Shown here: one piece after another, positions 10,251 through 24,891 of the stretch | How the letters are laid out: the number at the start of each line of letters is the position of its first letter | How positions within the stretch are numbered: the stretch's first letter is position 1 | Position numbers and translations under genes: made by a program | The notes under the pieces: model-generated | Told to the model about the DNA's origin: nothing | Database searches by the model: none | What the model saw: the letters and a program-made list of their open reading frames with translations, nothing else | NCBI GenBank assembly: GCA_027858735.1 | Contig: JAQICC010000310.1 | Location: forward strand, 1 to 59,048 | Length of the DNA: 59,048 nucleotides | Direction: 5' to 3' | DNA from: Salinivirgaceae bacterium | GTDB lineage: Bacteria > Bacteroidota > Bacteroidia > Bacteroidales > SZUA-534

Positions 10251-10309
10251 ATCCTCCCTAAGGGATAGCCAGTTCCGAATACTTTCGGAATGCCCGAAGG
10301 GCGGAGGGT
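10251..10309. repeat. GC-rich multi-hairpin palindromic element
   Basis: TCCC-TAA-GGGA (10255-10265), TTCCGAA-TACT-TTCGGAA (10273-10290), GCCC-GAA-GGGC (10292-10302); alternative outer pairing ATCCTCC/GGAGGGT. Confidence 0.6.
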
Positions 10310-10344
10310 GAATAAATAAAGCGACAAACTAAAACAACTAAAAA

Positions 10345-13218
10345 ATGAGACTAATAATAGGGATAACTGCAATATTAACTGGATTTTTCTTTAATTCAAT
10401 AGCTCAAGAATTACCTACCACTCCAGTTCGCGAGCATCTATTAATGGATAAAAACTGGCAGTTTGCCTATGGACATCCATACGATGTAGAAAAAGATTAT
10501 AATCACGGTACTGGGTACTTTTCATACATTACCAAAGCAGGTAATGGCGATGGCCCAGCTGCACCTAATTTTAACGATGGTGCTTGGCGTAATCTTGATT
10601 TACCTCATGATTGGGCTGTAGAACAAGGTTTTGCTGGTGATGCAAGCCATAGCCATGGCTACAAAACCATTGGTAGAAATTACCCAGAAACAAGTGTGGG
10701 TTGGTACCGTAAAACCTTTTCCCTACCTAAATCAGATTTAGGAAAACGCATTAGCATTCAGTTCGATGGAATTCATCGCGACTCAAGAGTGTGGATAAAC
10801 GGGTTTTATTTAGGAAATGAATCCAGTGGATATTATGATATTAACTACGACCTTAGCCCTTATTTAAATTATGGTGGCGAAAATGTTATTGCTGTTCGTG
10901 TTGATGTCACCATGGAAGAAGGTTGGTTTTATGAAGGTGCAGGGATTTATCGTCATGTTTGGTTAACTAAAACCAATCCCGTTCACGTTGCTTATAATGG
11001 TACTTTCGTAAAATCAGAAGTAAATGGAGAAACTACCACTTTAACTGTAGAAACAGAGGTTAACAATGATTATTATACCGAATCTTTTAGCTTAATTCAT
11101 ACGGCAATAGATAAATTCAATAATAAGGTAGCAACAATAACAAGTCCTACCCAAACTATAGAAACTTATTCTTCAACCAAGGTAGTTTCACAAATTGAAT
11201 TAAACAATCCTTTACTGTGGTCGCTTGATGAACCTAACTTATACACTCTTAAAACACAAGTGCTTGTTAATAAGCAGGTAATGGACATTTACGAAACTTC
11301 TTTTGGAATTCGTACCATAACATTTGATGCAAACAAAGGCTTTTTCCTAAATGGAAAGCATGTTAAAATAAAAGGAACGTGTAACCATCAGGATCACGCT
11401 GGTGTTGGTACAGCCATACCCGATGCGTTGCAAGATTTTAGAATTAAGCGTTTAAAAAGTATGGGTAGCAATGCCTACCGTTGTGCACACAACCCACCAA
11501 CACCTGAATTGCTGGATGCTTGCGATCGTTTAGGAATGTTGGTTATGGATGAAAATCGTTTACTTTCTACTGCTCCTGAAGCAATGGACCGACTTGAAAG
11601 ATTAATTGTTCGCGATAGAAATCATCCATCAGTAATAATTTGGAGTTTGGGTAATGAAGAATGGGCTGTTGAAGGAAATGAAAAAGGTTCACTCATCAGT
11701 AACGAACTTCAGGCTTTTGCAAAGAAAATAGATACCACTCGGCCATATACTGTAGCTGCCAGTGGCGGTTGGGGTCATGGTGTTGATATTGGCTTGGACA
11801 TGATTGGATTCAATTACCTTAAACATGGTAACGCCGTTGAGCATCATAAAAATTTTCCAGATCAGCTATGTATTGGTAGCGAAGAAAGCTCCACTCAAGG
11901 CACTCGTGGTATGTATTTCGATGATATCGAAAATGGTCATATGGCCTATGTTGACAGAAGCCCAGGTGGGAGCCGAATTGAATATGGTTGGAATTTTTAT
12001 GATGAAAGACCTTGGTTATCGGGCTTATTCCTTTGGACCGGTTTTGACTATAGAGGTGAACCAAATCCTCTTGGCTACCCAGCTGTAAACTCACAGTTTG
12101 GTATTTTAGATTTATGTGGATTCCCAAAAGAACCCTATTACTACCTAAAATCGTGGTGGTCCAACGAGCCTTTTATAAAGGTAACGCCACATTGGAATTG
12201 GAAAGGCAAAGAAGGCGATACCATTTTAGTGCGTGTTAACAGCAACTGTGAAGAAATTGAGTTATTTTTAAATAAAAAATCGCTAGGCAAACAAAGCATG
12301 AAGAAAAATTCTCTGCTTAACTGGAATGTTTTATACGAACCCGGAACTTTAATTGCGAAAGGATTTAACAAAGGTAATCTTGCACTTGAAGATAAGGTTG
12401 AAACATCAGGCAAAGTAAAAAACATTGAATTATTAGCCGATCGCACCAACATAAAGGCAAATGGTGAAGATGTATCTGTCATAACGGTACAAGTAAATGA
12501 TGCAAAAGGGCGTTTCGCACCTCATGCTAATAACGAAATAACATTTTCCATTGCCGGTTCAGGGAAAATAATTGGAGTGGGTAATGGCGATCCAGCCAGT
12601 CATGAAGCAGATAAATATATTGAAACCGTTGAGCAAATAGCCATAAAAAACACAAGAATAGCAGTAGTAGAAGAGCGTGATAATCAACCTGAACTTAAAG
12701 AAAGTTTCGATGATGCAGCATGGCCTACGCACGAATTGAAACGCGAACAAATGATTTTCCCACCCGAAAAAACGGTGGTGGTTCGCGGCGAATTTACGCT
12801 TAATAAATTTTCAGATGGTACAAAAATTACCTTATTTTCTAAAAGTTTAGCAATCTCCCAAAGCATCTATGTAAATGGTAATTTAATTGCTGATAACATT
12901 GAGCGTGAAGCTCCAAATCAAGTATATGTATTAGACAATAAAATACTTAAACCCGGTAAAAACGTTTATGCAATTAAAGGTTCACCCCTATTTAAACGCA
13001 ATCAGTGGGAAGACTTGAATACCGACCCTGGATTAATTCAGGTAATTACACCCGAGCCTGTTTGGAAACGCAAAGCATTTAACGGTTTGGCACAAATTAT
13101 TGTGCAGTCCACCGATAAAGTTGGTGAAATTACTTTAACAGCAACATCGCCTGATTTATCGAAAAAAGAAATAAAAATTAAAACGGTTGAAAGTTCATTA
13201 CGTCCATCTATACCTTAA
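10345..13218 (+). CDS. GH2 beta-galactosidase (GalA-like) with extra C-terminal inserted domain
   Basis: Signal peptide; LPHDWAV, SHSHGYK, EGWFYEGAGIYR, GTCNHQDHAG, WSLGNEE, WTGFDYRGEP, FGILDLCGFPK. Confidence 0.92.
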   Translation: MRLIIGITAILTGFFFNSIAQELPTTPVREHLLMDKNWQFAYGHPYDVEKDYNHGTGYFSYITKAGNGDGPAAPNFNDGAWRNLDLPHDWAVEQGFAGDASHSHGYKTIGRNYPETSVGWYRKTFSLPKSDLGKRISIQFDGIHRDSRVWINGFYLGNESSGYYDINYDLSPYLNYGGENVIAVRVDVTMEEGWFYEGAGIYRHVWLTKTNPVHVAYNGTFVKSEVNGETTTLTVETEVNNDYYTESFSLIHTAIDKFNNKVATITSPTQTIETYSSTKVVSQIELNNPLLWSLDEPNLYTLKTQVLVNKQVMDIYETSFGIRTITFDANKGFFLNGKHVKIKGTCNHQDHAGVGTAIPDALQDFRIKRLKSMGSNAYRCAHNPPTPELLDACDRLGMLVMDENRLLSTAPEAMDRLERLIVRDRNHPSVIIWSLGNEEWAVEGNEKGSLISNELQAFAKKIDTTRPYTVAASGGWGHGVDIGLDMIGFNYLKHGNAVEHHKNFPDQLCIGSEESSTQGTRGMYFDDIENGHMAYVDRSPGGSRIEYGWNFYDERPWLSGLFLWTGFDYRGEPNPLGYPAVNSQFGILDLCGFPKEPYYYLKSWWSNEPFIKVTPHWNWKGKEGDTILVRVNSNCEEIELFLNKKSLGKQSMKKNSLLNWNVLYEPGTLIAKGFNKGNLALEDKVETSGKVKNIELLADRTNIKANGEDVSVITVQVNDAKGRFAPHANNEITFSIAGSGKIIGVGNGDPASHEADKYIETVEQIAIKNTRIAVVEERDNQPELKESFDDAAWPTHELKREQMIFPPEKTVVVRGEFTLNKFSDGTKITLFSKSLAISQSIYVNGNLIADNIEREAPNQVYVLDNKILKPGKNVYAIKGSPLFKRNQWEDLNTDPGLIQVITPEPVWKRKAFNGLAQIIVQSTDKVGEITLTATSPDLSKKEIKIKTVESSLRPSIP

Positions 13219-13229
13219 ATAATAATTTT

Positions 13230-15158
13230 ATGAGAAAAGCAATTGGTTTATTTTTGATTATTGCAAGCCTATTTTCATGTACTAAGAATGAAATAGTAAT
13301 TAATAGCCCGAATAACAATTTAAAAGTTACTTTAAAAACCACCGAAAAAAATCGATTGGTTTATGAAGTTTCACAAGAGGGCAAGGTTGTAATAGAAACC
13401 TCTATTTTGGGTATAATTCGTGAAGATGCCGACTTTGCATCGAACCTTAAAATTGTTGAAATAACCGATGTGGAAGAGATACAAGATAACTACACATTAA
13501 CTGTCCACAAAAAAGAGGATTATTGCTATCTGGCCAATCAGCAAATTGTCACACTTGAAAATAATACAGGCAAAATAATGGAAGTTATTTTTCAAGTTTC
13601 AAATAAGGGTGTAGCCTTTCGTTATCATTTTCCATCAGAATCGACCGAGGTAAAGAAAATAACTCGAGAACTCAGCTCATTTGCTTTTAATAAAGATACC
13701 AAAGCATGGTTACAACCCTGTGCTGAAGCAAAAACATCATGGGGCAATTGCAATCCATCTTATGAAGAACATTACCTTCAAGATATTACTGTGGGTACAC
13801 CATCACCACAGGCTGGATGGGTTTTTCCTTCTCTATTTAAAACCCATGACACTTGGGTGCTCATTTCAGAAACTGGTGTAGATCGTAACTATTGTGCTTC
13901 TCGTTTGAGCCCCAAATCGCCTAATGGCGTGTATTCTATTGGTTTTCCCGATGAACGCGAAGTGGTTTTTAGTGGCGAATTAAATCCGCAATCTACTTTA
14001 CCTTGGTACACACCATGGCGCATTATTTCAGTAGGTTCGCTGGCTGATATAGTGGAATCAAGCCTTGGCACCGATTTGTCACAACCTGCAATTGATGGCG
14101 ATTTTTCATGGGTGAAACCCGGTCGTGCATCATGGAGTTGGGTTTTACTTAAAGATAATGAAACCATATACCCCGTGCAGAAAGAATTTATTGATTATGC
14201 CGCTGACATGGGTTGGGAATATTGCCTTATTGATGCCGGATGGGATGTTCAAATTGGATATGCAAAAATTAAAGAATTGGCCGACTATGCAAAAACTAAA
14301 GAGGTCAATTTAATTCTTTGGTACAACTCATCGGGCGATTGGAATACAACCCCTCAAACACCTAAAAGTGCTTTATTAACAAGTGAAGCTAGAATAAAGG
14401 AATTTACTCGAATAAAAGAAATGGGAATTGCAGGAGTGAAAATCGACTTTTTTGGAGGTGATGGCCAATCGGTTATGAACCATTACATTGATATTTTAGA
14501 AGATGCAGCAAAGATAGGTCTCGCCGTTAATTTCCATGGGTGCACTCTTCCTCGCGGGTGGCAACGCACATACCCTCATTTGGTAAGCATGGAGGCTATT
14601 AAAGGCATGGAGTTTATAACCTTTGACCAAGCTAATGCTGATGTTGCTGCCAATCATTGTACCATGTTGCCTTTTACGCGGAATGTGTTCGACCCTATGG
14701 ACTTCACCCCCACTTGCTTTGGCGAAATTGATAACATAGAACGCAAAACAAGCAATGGCTTTGAATTAGCCTTGCCTGTAATATTCCAATCAGGAGTACA
14801 ACACTATGCAGAAATTCCTAAAGTAATGAACAAGGTTCCTGGCTATGTAAAACAACTTATGAAAGATATTCCAGTGGTTTGGGACGAAACAAAATTCATT
14901 GACGGATTTCCGGGTAAATATGTAATTATGGCTCGACGATCAGGCGATAGCTGGTTTATAGCCGGAATTAATGGTCAGGATGAAATAAGAAATTTAAGTA
15001 TCGATTTATCATTTATCGAAAAAGCAAATGGAATAATGGTAACTGATGGCGAATCAAATAGAAGTTTTGTTAAAAAAGAAATAAAATCAGCAGAATTGCA
15101 AAAAATAGATATTGCCATAAAAGCCCAAGGCGGATTTATAATTAAGTTAACGAACTAA
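13230..15158 (+). CDS. GH97 alpha-glycosidase, retaining (alpha-galactosidase-type) clade, lipoprotein
   Basis: Lipobox LFSC; TPWRII, KPGRASWSW, LIDAGW, GVKIDFF (Asp nucleophile position), NFHG, EAIKGME, PFTRN..PMDFTP. Confidence 0.88.
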   Translation: MRKAIGLFLIIASLFSCTKNEIVINSPNNNLKVTLKTTEKNRLVYEVSQEGKVVIETSILGIIREDADFASNLKIVEITDVEEIQDNYTLTVHKKEDYCYLANQQIVTLENNTGKIMEVIFQVSNKGVAFRYHFPSESTEVKKITRELSSFAFNKDTKAWLQPCAEAKTSWGNCNPSYEEHYLQDITVGTPSPQAGWVFPSLFKTHDTWVLISETGVDRNYCASRLSPKSPNGVYSIGFPDEREVVFSGELNPQSTLPWYTPWRIISVGSLADIVESSLGTDLSQPAIDGDFSWVKPGRASWSWVLLKDNETIYPVQKEFIDYAADMGWEYCLIDAGWDVQIGYAKIKELADYAKTKEVNLILWYNSSGDWNTTPQTPKSALLTSEARIKEFTRIKEMGIAGVKIDFFGGDGQSVMNHYIDILEDAAKIGLAVNFHGCTLPRGWQRTYPHLVSMEAIKGMEFITFDQANADVAANHCTMLPFTRNVFDPMDFTPTCFGEIDNIERKTSNGFELALPVIFQSGVQHYAEIPKVMNKVPGYVKQLMKDIPVVWDETKFIDGFPGKYVIMARRSGDSWFIAGINGQDEIRNLSIDLSFIEKANGIMVTDGESNRSFVKKEIKSAELQKIDIAIKAQGGFIIKLTN

Positions 15159-15175
15159 TGTCAAAATATTAAACT

Positions 15176-16708
15176 ATGAAAAAAATTAACCTTTTATTTA
15201 CTTCTATCATTGCATTGTTTGCCCTAAACGCAATTGGGCAAAACAAAATCATTCTCCATACCGATGCAGCTTCTTCAAAAATAAATAAAGAAATCTATGG
15301 CCATTTTGCTGAGCATCTAGGTAATTGTATTTATGGAGGAATTTATGTGGGCGACACATCAAATATACCCAATACCCATGGTTATCGCAATGATGTGGTT
15401 AACGCGCTGAAAGAAATGAAAATACCAGTATTGCGTTGGCCGGGCGGTTGTTTTGCCGACACCTATCATTGGAAAGATGGTGTTGGACCCCAGAATGAAA
15501 GAGCTTCCATTGTAAATGTGCATTGGGGGGGCGTAACCGAAGACAATAGTTTTGGTACCCACGAATTTCTTGATTTTTGTGAACTTATTAACACTGAAGC
15601 TTTTATTAGCTTAAATGTGGGTTCGGGAACAGTAAGAGAATCGTCAGAATGGATTGAATATGTTACCTCAAACAATAAAAGCCCAATGACCGACTTGAGA
15701 AAGAAAAACGGTCGTGAGGATCCTTGGAACGTTAAGTTTTGGGGTGTTGGAAATGAAACTTGGGGTTGTGGTGGTGAAATGACAGCCGAATACTATTCTG
15801 ATATATTCCGTCAGTATGCTGGTTTTGCTCGTGGTGCCAGCTACAAGGTTGCATGTGGTGCCAGCGATTCCAACTATGATTGGACTGAAGTTTTAATGAA
15901 AAAAACACAAAATAAACAGCACTTAATTCAAGGCCTATCCTTACACTATTATACCATAACGCATGATTGGTCGCACAAAGGATCTGCTACCAATTTTACC
16001 GAGGAAGAGTGGTTTACTACGCTGAGCAAAACCTTAGTTATGGAAGAATTACTAACAAAGCATTCTACCATTATGGATAAATACGATCCTGAGAAAAAGA
16101 TAGGTTTGGTAGTTGATGAATGGGGAAATTGGTTTGATGTGGAAGAAGGCACCAATCCTGGCTTTTTGTATCAGCAAAATACCTTACGTGATGCCTTGGT
16201 TGCCGGTATCAATCTAAATATTTTTAACAACCATGCCGACAGGGTTCATATGACAAATATTGCGCAAGCTATTAATGTTTTGCAATCTGTAATTCTTACA
16301 AAAGACGATAAAATGGTGTTAACGCCGACTTACTACGTTTTTAAAATGTATGCTGTTCATCAAGATGCAACATTAATTCCCTTGAATTTAAAATCAGAAA
16401 ATTACAAGCTTAATGGGGATTCTATCCCTGCCATTAATGCATCAGCATCAACAAAAAATGGTGTTGTAAGTATTACGCTTTGTAATTTGAACCCAAATAA
16501 GTCGGCGGTAACTGAACTTACACTAACGGGACAAAATTTTTCATCGGCAACAGCACAAATAATAACAAGCCAGAAAATGGCCGATTTCAATGACTTTGGA
16601 AAAGAGGAGAAGGTAACCACAACAGAATTCAACATACAAAAACCAAAGAACGGAAACTTAAAAGTTGAAATTCCTTCAAAATCGGTTGTACTAATTCAAT
16701 TAAAATAG
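15176..16708 (+). CDS. GH51 alpha-L-arabinofuranosidase
   Basis: IYGHFAEHLG, LRWPGGCFAD, NSFGTHEF, GVGNETWGCGG, DEWGNW, LYQQNT; signal peptide. Confidence 0.94.
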   Translation: MKKINLLFTSIIALFALNAIGQNKIILHTDAASSKINKEIYGHFAEHLGNCIYGGIYVGDTSNIPNTHGYRNDVVNALKEMKIPVLRWPGGCFADTYHWKDGVGPQNERASIVNVHWGGVTEDNSFGTHEFLDFCELINTEAFISLNVGSGTVRESSEWIEYVTSNNKSPMTDLRKKNGREDPWNVKFWGVGNETWGCGGEMTAEYYSDIFRQYAGFARGASYKVACGASDSNYDWTEVLMKKTQNKQHLIQGLSLHYYTITHDWSHKGSATNFTEEEWFTTLSKTLVMEELLTKHSTIMDKYDPEKKIGLVVDEWGNWFDVEEGTNPGFLYQQNTLRDALVAGINLNIFNNHADRVHMTNIAQAINVLQSVILTKDDKMVLTPTYYVFKMYAVHQDATLIPLNLKSENYKLNGDSIPAINASASTKNGVVSITLCNLNPNKSAVTELTLTGQNFSSATAQIITSQKMADFNDFGKEEKVTTTEFNIQKPKNGNLKVEIPSKSVVLIQLK

Positions 16709-16712
16709 AAAA

Positions 16713-18500
16713 ATGACAAGGTCTATTCTTACTTTAATATTAATACTCTTTACCATTGTTTTTGCAAAGGCTCAAACAGCTATGACAAATGTTGATGCTA
16801 GAAATAGCACCTGTTTAAATGGAAAATGGCAAACAATAATTGACCCAACAGGTGTGGGGAATTGGCGTGAAGTATGGAAAGAAAAAGTGCCTGAGAAAAA
16901 AACTGATTTCTATGAATACTCTTTTGAAGGTGGCCCTGTTTTAGAGGTGCCTGGCGATTTTAATTCTCAAATTAAAGAAATTACTTATTTAGAAGGTACT
17001 GTCTGGTATAAAAAGACTTTTACCTATACTAGGGATAGCAGTAAAAGGCTTTTTATTCATTTTGGAGCAGTTAATTATTTGGCTGATATTTATTTGAATG
17101 GTGAGCATTTAGGGCAGCATGAGGGTGGCTTTACTCCATTTCAGTTTGAACTTACCCATAAAGTGTTAGAGGGTGAAAATCGACTAATAGTAAAAGCTGA
17201 TAATAGCAGAAAGAGTGATGGACTGCCAGGCTTAGGATTCGATTGGTTTAATTATGGGGGGATTACCCGCGATGTAAATCTCGTTGAAACCAATGCTACC
17301 TATATTGATGATTACTCCATTCAACTGAAAAAGGGTTCGAATAATCAGGTGTTGGGCTGGGTTAAATTAAACGGAAAAAAGCCCCAACAACAAATTGAAA
17401 TAAACATTCCTGAACTAAATGTAAAATATAAAACTCAAAGCAATGCTAAGGGTATTGGTGTGATTACTTTTAAAGGAAAATTTGATCATTGGAGTCCTGA
17501 AAATCCTAAACGTTATGAAGTAATTATTAAATGTGAGACCGATGCGTTAAAAGATACTATTGGTTTTAGAACGATAAAGGTTCAAGGTCCAACAGTAGTG
17601 CTCAATGGGAAATCTATTTTCTTAAAGAGCATAAATATTCATGAGGAAAATCCATTGAAAGGTGCAAGGGCATTTAGTAAAGATGATGCGAAACTTTTGT
17701 TAACCTGGGCAAAAGAGTTGGGCTGTAATATGGTTCGTTTGGCTCACTATCCTCATAACGAGTACATGGTTAAAATGGCTGAAAAAATGGGTTTGATGGT
17801 GTGGAGCGAAATTCCTGTATACCAACACATTGAATTCTCAACACCCGGTGTTGAAGATAAAATGGATTTGATGATGCGTGAAATGATTAAGCGCGATAAA
17901 AATCGATGTGGTGTGGTCATTTGGAGTTTGTCGAACGAAACCTATTCATCTACAGCCAATCGCGATCTGGCACTCTCAAATTTAACAAAAAAATGCCGAG
18001 CATTAGATTCAACAAGACTAATAACACACGTAATTAATACACAGGGCTATGCTAACAATACTTTTAATGTTTGGGATACTTTGTATCGTTACTCTGATAT
18101 AATTTCAATAAATGAATATGTCGGCTGGTATGAACCTTGGCAAGGAAAACCTGTAGATACCAAATGGGATTTGATTTATCCTGATAAACCCGTTTTTATT
18201 TCTGAATTTGGGGGTGAAGCTCTGTATGGCAGTAATTATGGACCAAAAGATGAAGCGGCCTATTGGAGCGAAGAATATCAGGAACAAATATATAAAGACC
18301 AAATTGAAATGTTTAAAACGGTTCCCAATTTAGTAGGGGTATGCCCATGGTTATTAGTCGATTATCGCTCGTTAGGACGCATGCATCCAATATATCAAAA
18401 GGGATACAATCGAAAAGGACTGTTGTCTGAAAAAGGTGAAAAAAAGAAAGCTTGGTTTGTTATGAAGAACTATTATGACAAGGTTTCATCAGATGAATAG
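16713..18500 (+). CDS. GH2 beta-glucuronidase-like enzyme
   Basis: 595 aa, GUS-length. HEGGFTPF, DWFNYGGITR, RLAHYPH, WSLSNE, ISEFG, and the C-terminal N-x-K-G motif (YNRKG) characteristic of uronidases. Confidence 0.88.
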   Translation: MTRSILTLILILFTIVFAKAQTAMTNVDARNSTCLNGKWQTIIDPTGVGNWREVWKEKVPEKKTDFYEYSFEGGPVLEVPGDFNSQIKEITYLEGTVWYKKTFTYTRDSSKRLFIHFGAVNYLADIYLNGEHLGQHEGGFTPFQFELTHKVLEGENRLIVKADNSRKSDGLPGLGFDWFNYGGITRDVNLVETNATYIDDYSIQLKKGSNNQVLGWVKLNGKKPQQQIEINIPELNVKYKTQSNAKGIGVITFKGKFDHWSPENPKRYEVIIKCETDALKDTIGFRTIKVQGPTVVLNGKSIFLKSINIHEENPLKGARAFSKDDAKLLLTWAKELGCNMVRLAHYPHNEYMVKMAEKMGLMVWSEIPVYQHIEFSTPGVEDKMDLMMREMIKRDKNRCGVVIWSLSNETYSSTANRDLALSNLTKKCRALDSTRLITHVINTQGYANNTFNVWDTLYRYSDIISINEYVGWYEPWQGKPVDTKWDLIYPDKPVFISEFGGEALYGSNYGPKDEAAYWSEEYQEQIYKDQIEMFKTVPNLVGVCPWLLVDYRSLGRMHPIYQKGYNRKGLLSEKGEKKKAWFVMKNYYDKVSSDE

Positions 18501-18580
18501 GATGTATTATAGCATAATATTTAGGCGTATTTTAGACATAAGAGAATATACTAAAAAATGAATTAGAAAATTAAACAACT

Positions 18581-20986
18581 ATGGGATTGAAAACACTTTT
18601 TAGCCTATTTTTCATCACAGTATTCCATGCAACTTCACTTTGGTCGCAGTCTTCCGATAAACTTTGGTATGATGAACCTGCCAATTATTTTGAAGAAACG
18701 CTGGTGTTGGGAAATGGACAACAAGGAGCTACCGTTTTTGGAGGTACAGCAACGGAAACTATTTACCTGAATGATATAACACTTTGGTCGGGTTCTCCAG
18801 TTAAGGTGGCAGATATGAATCCTGAAGCATATAAATATCTTCCTGCGGTTAGAGAAGCCTTAAAAAATGAGGACTATGCATTGGCTGATTCCTTAAACAA
18901 AAGTTTGCAAGGCAAAAATTCAGAAACTTATGCTCCATTGGGTACACTCAAAATTAATTTCCATAACGAGGGTGAAGTAAAAAATTATTACCGTGAATTA
19001 GATTTAAACAACGCTATATCTTCGGTTGCCTACGAACAAAATGGAGTAGAATACAAACGGGAGTATTTTGTTTCGCATCCTGATAAAGTTCTGATAATTA
19101 AATTGACGAGTAACAACAAAAAAGCATTGAATTTTGATATTAAATTTGAAAGCTTGCTAAACTACAAAACAGCAGTGAATAAGGGCGTTTTAAAAGGCGT
19201 TGGTTCAGCTCAAATTCATTCTTCTCCCACCTATTTAAGTGATACAGTATTTGAAGCTAGGGCGAAAGAAAATGGAGGAACACGATTCATTTCATTAATA
19301 CAATTAAAAAATACTGACGGTGAGTTGATTTCCACCGATTCAACCATTGGCGTACAAAATGCAAGTGAAGTACTTGTTTATGTTTCACTGGCTACTAGTT
19401 TTAATGGATTTGATAAAAATCCGGTAACGGAAGGAGCTGATTATGAAGGTATCGCTAACAAGCAATTGGAGAAAGCCTTTGCCAAAACATATCAAGAGTT
19501 AAAGACAAATCACGTAAGCGATTATCAGACATATTTTAAACGTGTTAGTTTAAGTTTGGGCGAAACAACAGCGCCGAATTTGCCTACTGATGAGCGACTA
19601 AAACGGTATGCTGAGGGCAAAGAGGATAAAAATCTTGAAATTCTATATTTCCAATATGGGCGCTATTTGTTAATAAGCAGCTCACGTACTCCTGAAGTAC
19701 CTGCAAATCTGCAAGGCCTGTGGAATCATCACTATTATCCACCATGGAGTAGCAATTATACCATGAACATTAATATTGAGGAGAATTATTGGTTGGCCGA
19801 AAATGCCAATTTATCTGAAATGCATCAACCCTTATTGTCGTTCATAAATAATTTGGCAACTACGGGTGCTGTAACAGCAAAAACCTTTTATGGAGCCGGC
19901 GGATGGTGTGTTGCTCATAACTCTGACATTTGGGCTATGAGTAATCCGGTTGGTAATTTTGGTCAGGGTTACCCTGGATGGGCCAACTGGAATATGGGCG
20001 GTGTTTGGGTAAGTACCCATTTGTGGGAGCATTACACCTTTACAAAAGACGAGGTTTTTCTTAAAAATAAAGCTTACCCTCTAATGAAGGGAGCTGTTCA
20101 GTTTTGTTTAGACTGGATGGTGGAAGATAAGGATGGAAAACTAATTACATCACCATCTACATCTCCCGAAAATAATTACATTACGGATAAAGGTTACCAT
20201 GGTGCTACCTTTTATGGGGGAAGTGCCGACATTGCCATGATTCGTGAATTGTTTACCCAAACCCTTGCTGCCGAAACTGTTTTGGAGAATGATGAAGCCT
20301 TTTCGCTGAAATTAAAGCAAGCACTTGATAAATTATTACCGTATAAAATTAGTGAAACAGGAAGTTTGCAGGAATGGTATTTCGATTGGAAGGATGAAGA
20401 TCCCCAACACCGCCATCAATCCCATTTGTTTGGTCTGTTTCCTGGTCACCAAATAACTCCTGTTGCAACACCAAGTTTGGCTAATGCTTGCCGCAAAACC
20501 CTTGAAATTAAAGGCGACGAAACTACAGGCTGGTCAAAGGGATGGAGAATCAACCTTTGGGCCCGGTTAGGTGATGGCAACCATGCTTATAAAATGTACC
20601 GCGAGTTATTGAATTATGTAGAACCTGATGCCATTCGTCCAAAAGATTCGTGGCGTGGAGGAACATATCCCAACCTTTTTGATGCTCACCCACCATTCCA
20701 AATTGATGGCAATTTTGGAGGAGCCGCAGCTGTGGTTGAGATGCTCTTACAATCTACTGAAAATGAAATATATTTATTACCGGCACTTCCTGATAATTGG
20801 AATACAGGCGAGGTACAAGGCATTTGTGCTCGTGGAGGTTTTGTAATTGACATGAAATGGAAAAATGGTAAACTAAAAACGGTAAAAGTGACTAGCAAAG
20901 CTGGTAGTCCTTGCAAAATTAATTATGGAGGTAAAACCATGGATGTAGTTTTGAAGTCTGGAGAAACAAAAGAATTGACATTTTAA
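18581..20986 (+). CDS. GH95 alpha-1,2-L-fucosidase-like
   Basis: LWYDEPA..FEETLVLGNG, FQYGRYLLISSSR, PANLQG, SPSTSPEN, HRHQSHLFGLFPG, HPPFQIDGNFG. Confidence 0.94.
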   Translation: MGLKTLFSLFFITVFHATSLWSQSSDKLWYDEPANYFEETLVLGNGQQGATVFGGTATETIYLNDITLWSGSPVKVADMNPEAYKYLPAVREALKNEDYALADSLNKSLQGKNSETYAPLGTLKINFHNEGEVKNYYRELDLNNAISSVAYEQNGVEYKREYFVSHPDKVLIIKLTSNNKKALNFDIKFESLLNYKTAVNKGVLKGVGSAQIHSSPTYLSDTVFEARAKENGGTRFISLIQLKNTDGELISTDSTIGVQNASEVLVYVSLATSFNGFDKNPVTEGADYEGIANKQLEKAFAKTYQELKTNHVSDYQTYFKRVSLSLGETTAPNLPTDERLKRYAEGKEDKNLEILYFQYGRYLLISSSRTPEVPANLQGLWNHHYYPPWSSNYTMNINIEENYWLAENANLSEMHQPLLSFINNLATTGAVTAKTFYGAGGWCVAHNSDIWAMSNPVGNFGQGYPGWANWNMGGVWVSTHLWEHYTFTKDEVFLKNKAYPLMKGAVQFCLDWMVEDKDGKLITSPSTSPENNYITDKGYHGATFYGGSADIAMIRELFTQTLAAETVLENDEAFSLKLKQALDKLLPYKISETGSLQEWYFDWKDEDPQHRHQSHLFGLFPGHQITPVATPSLANACRKTLEIKGDETTGWSKGWRINLWARLGDGNHAYKMYRELLNYVEPDAIRPKDSWRGGTYPNLFDAHPPFQIDGNFGGAAAVVEMLLQSTENEIYLLPALPDNWNTGEVQGICARGGFVIDMKWKNGKLKTVKVTSKAGSPCKINYGGKTMDVVLKSGETKELTF

Positions 20987-21013
20987 CAATTGATGAAACA
21001 AATAAAAAATAAC

Positions 21014-24891
<3,878 letters not shown>

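Noticed and set aside
10251-10309. tRNA or known riboswitch
   Set aside because: Too short, lacks D/T-loop consensus, and no riboswitch consensus recognised; kept only as an unexplained hairpin element.
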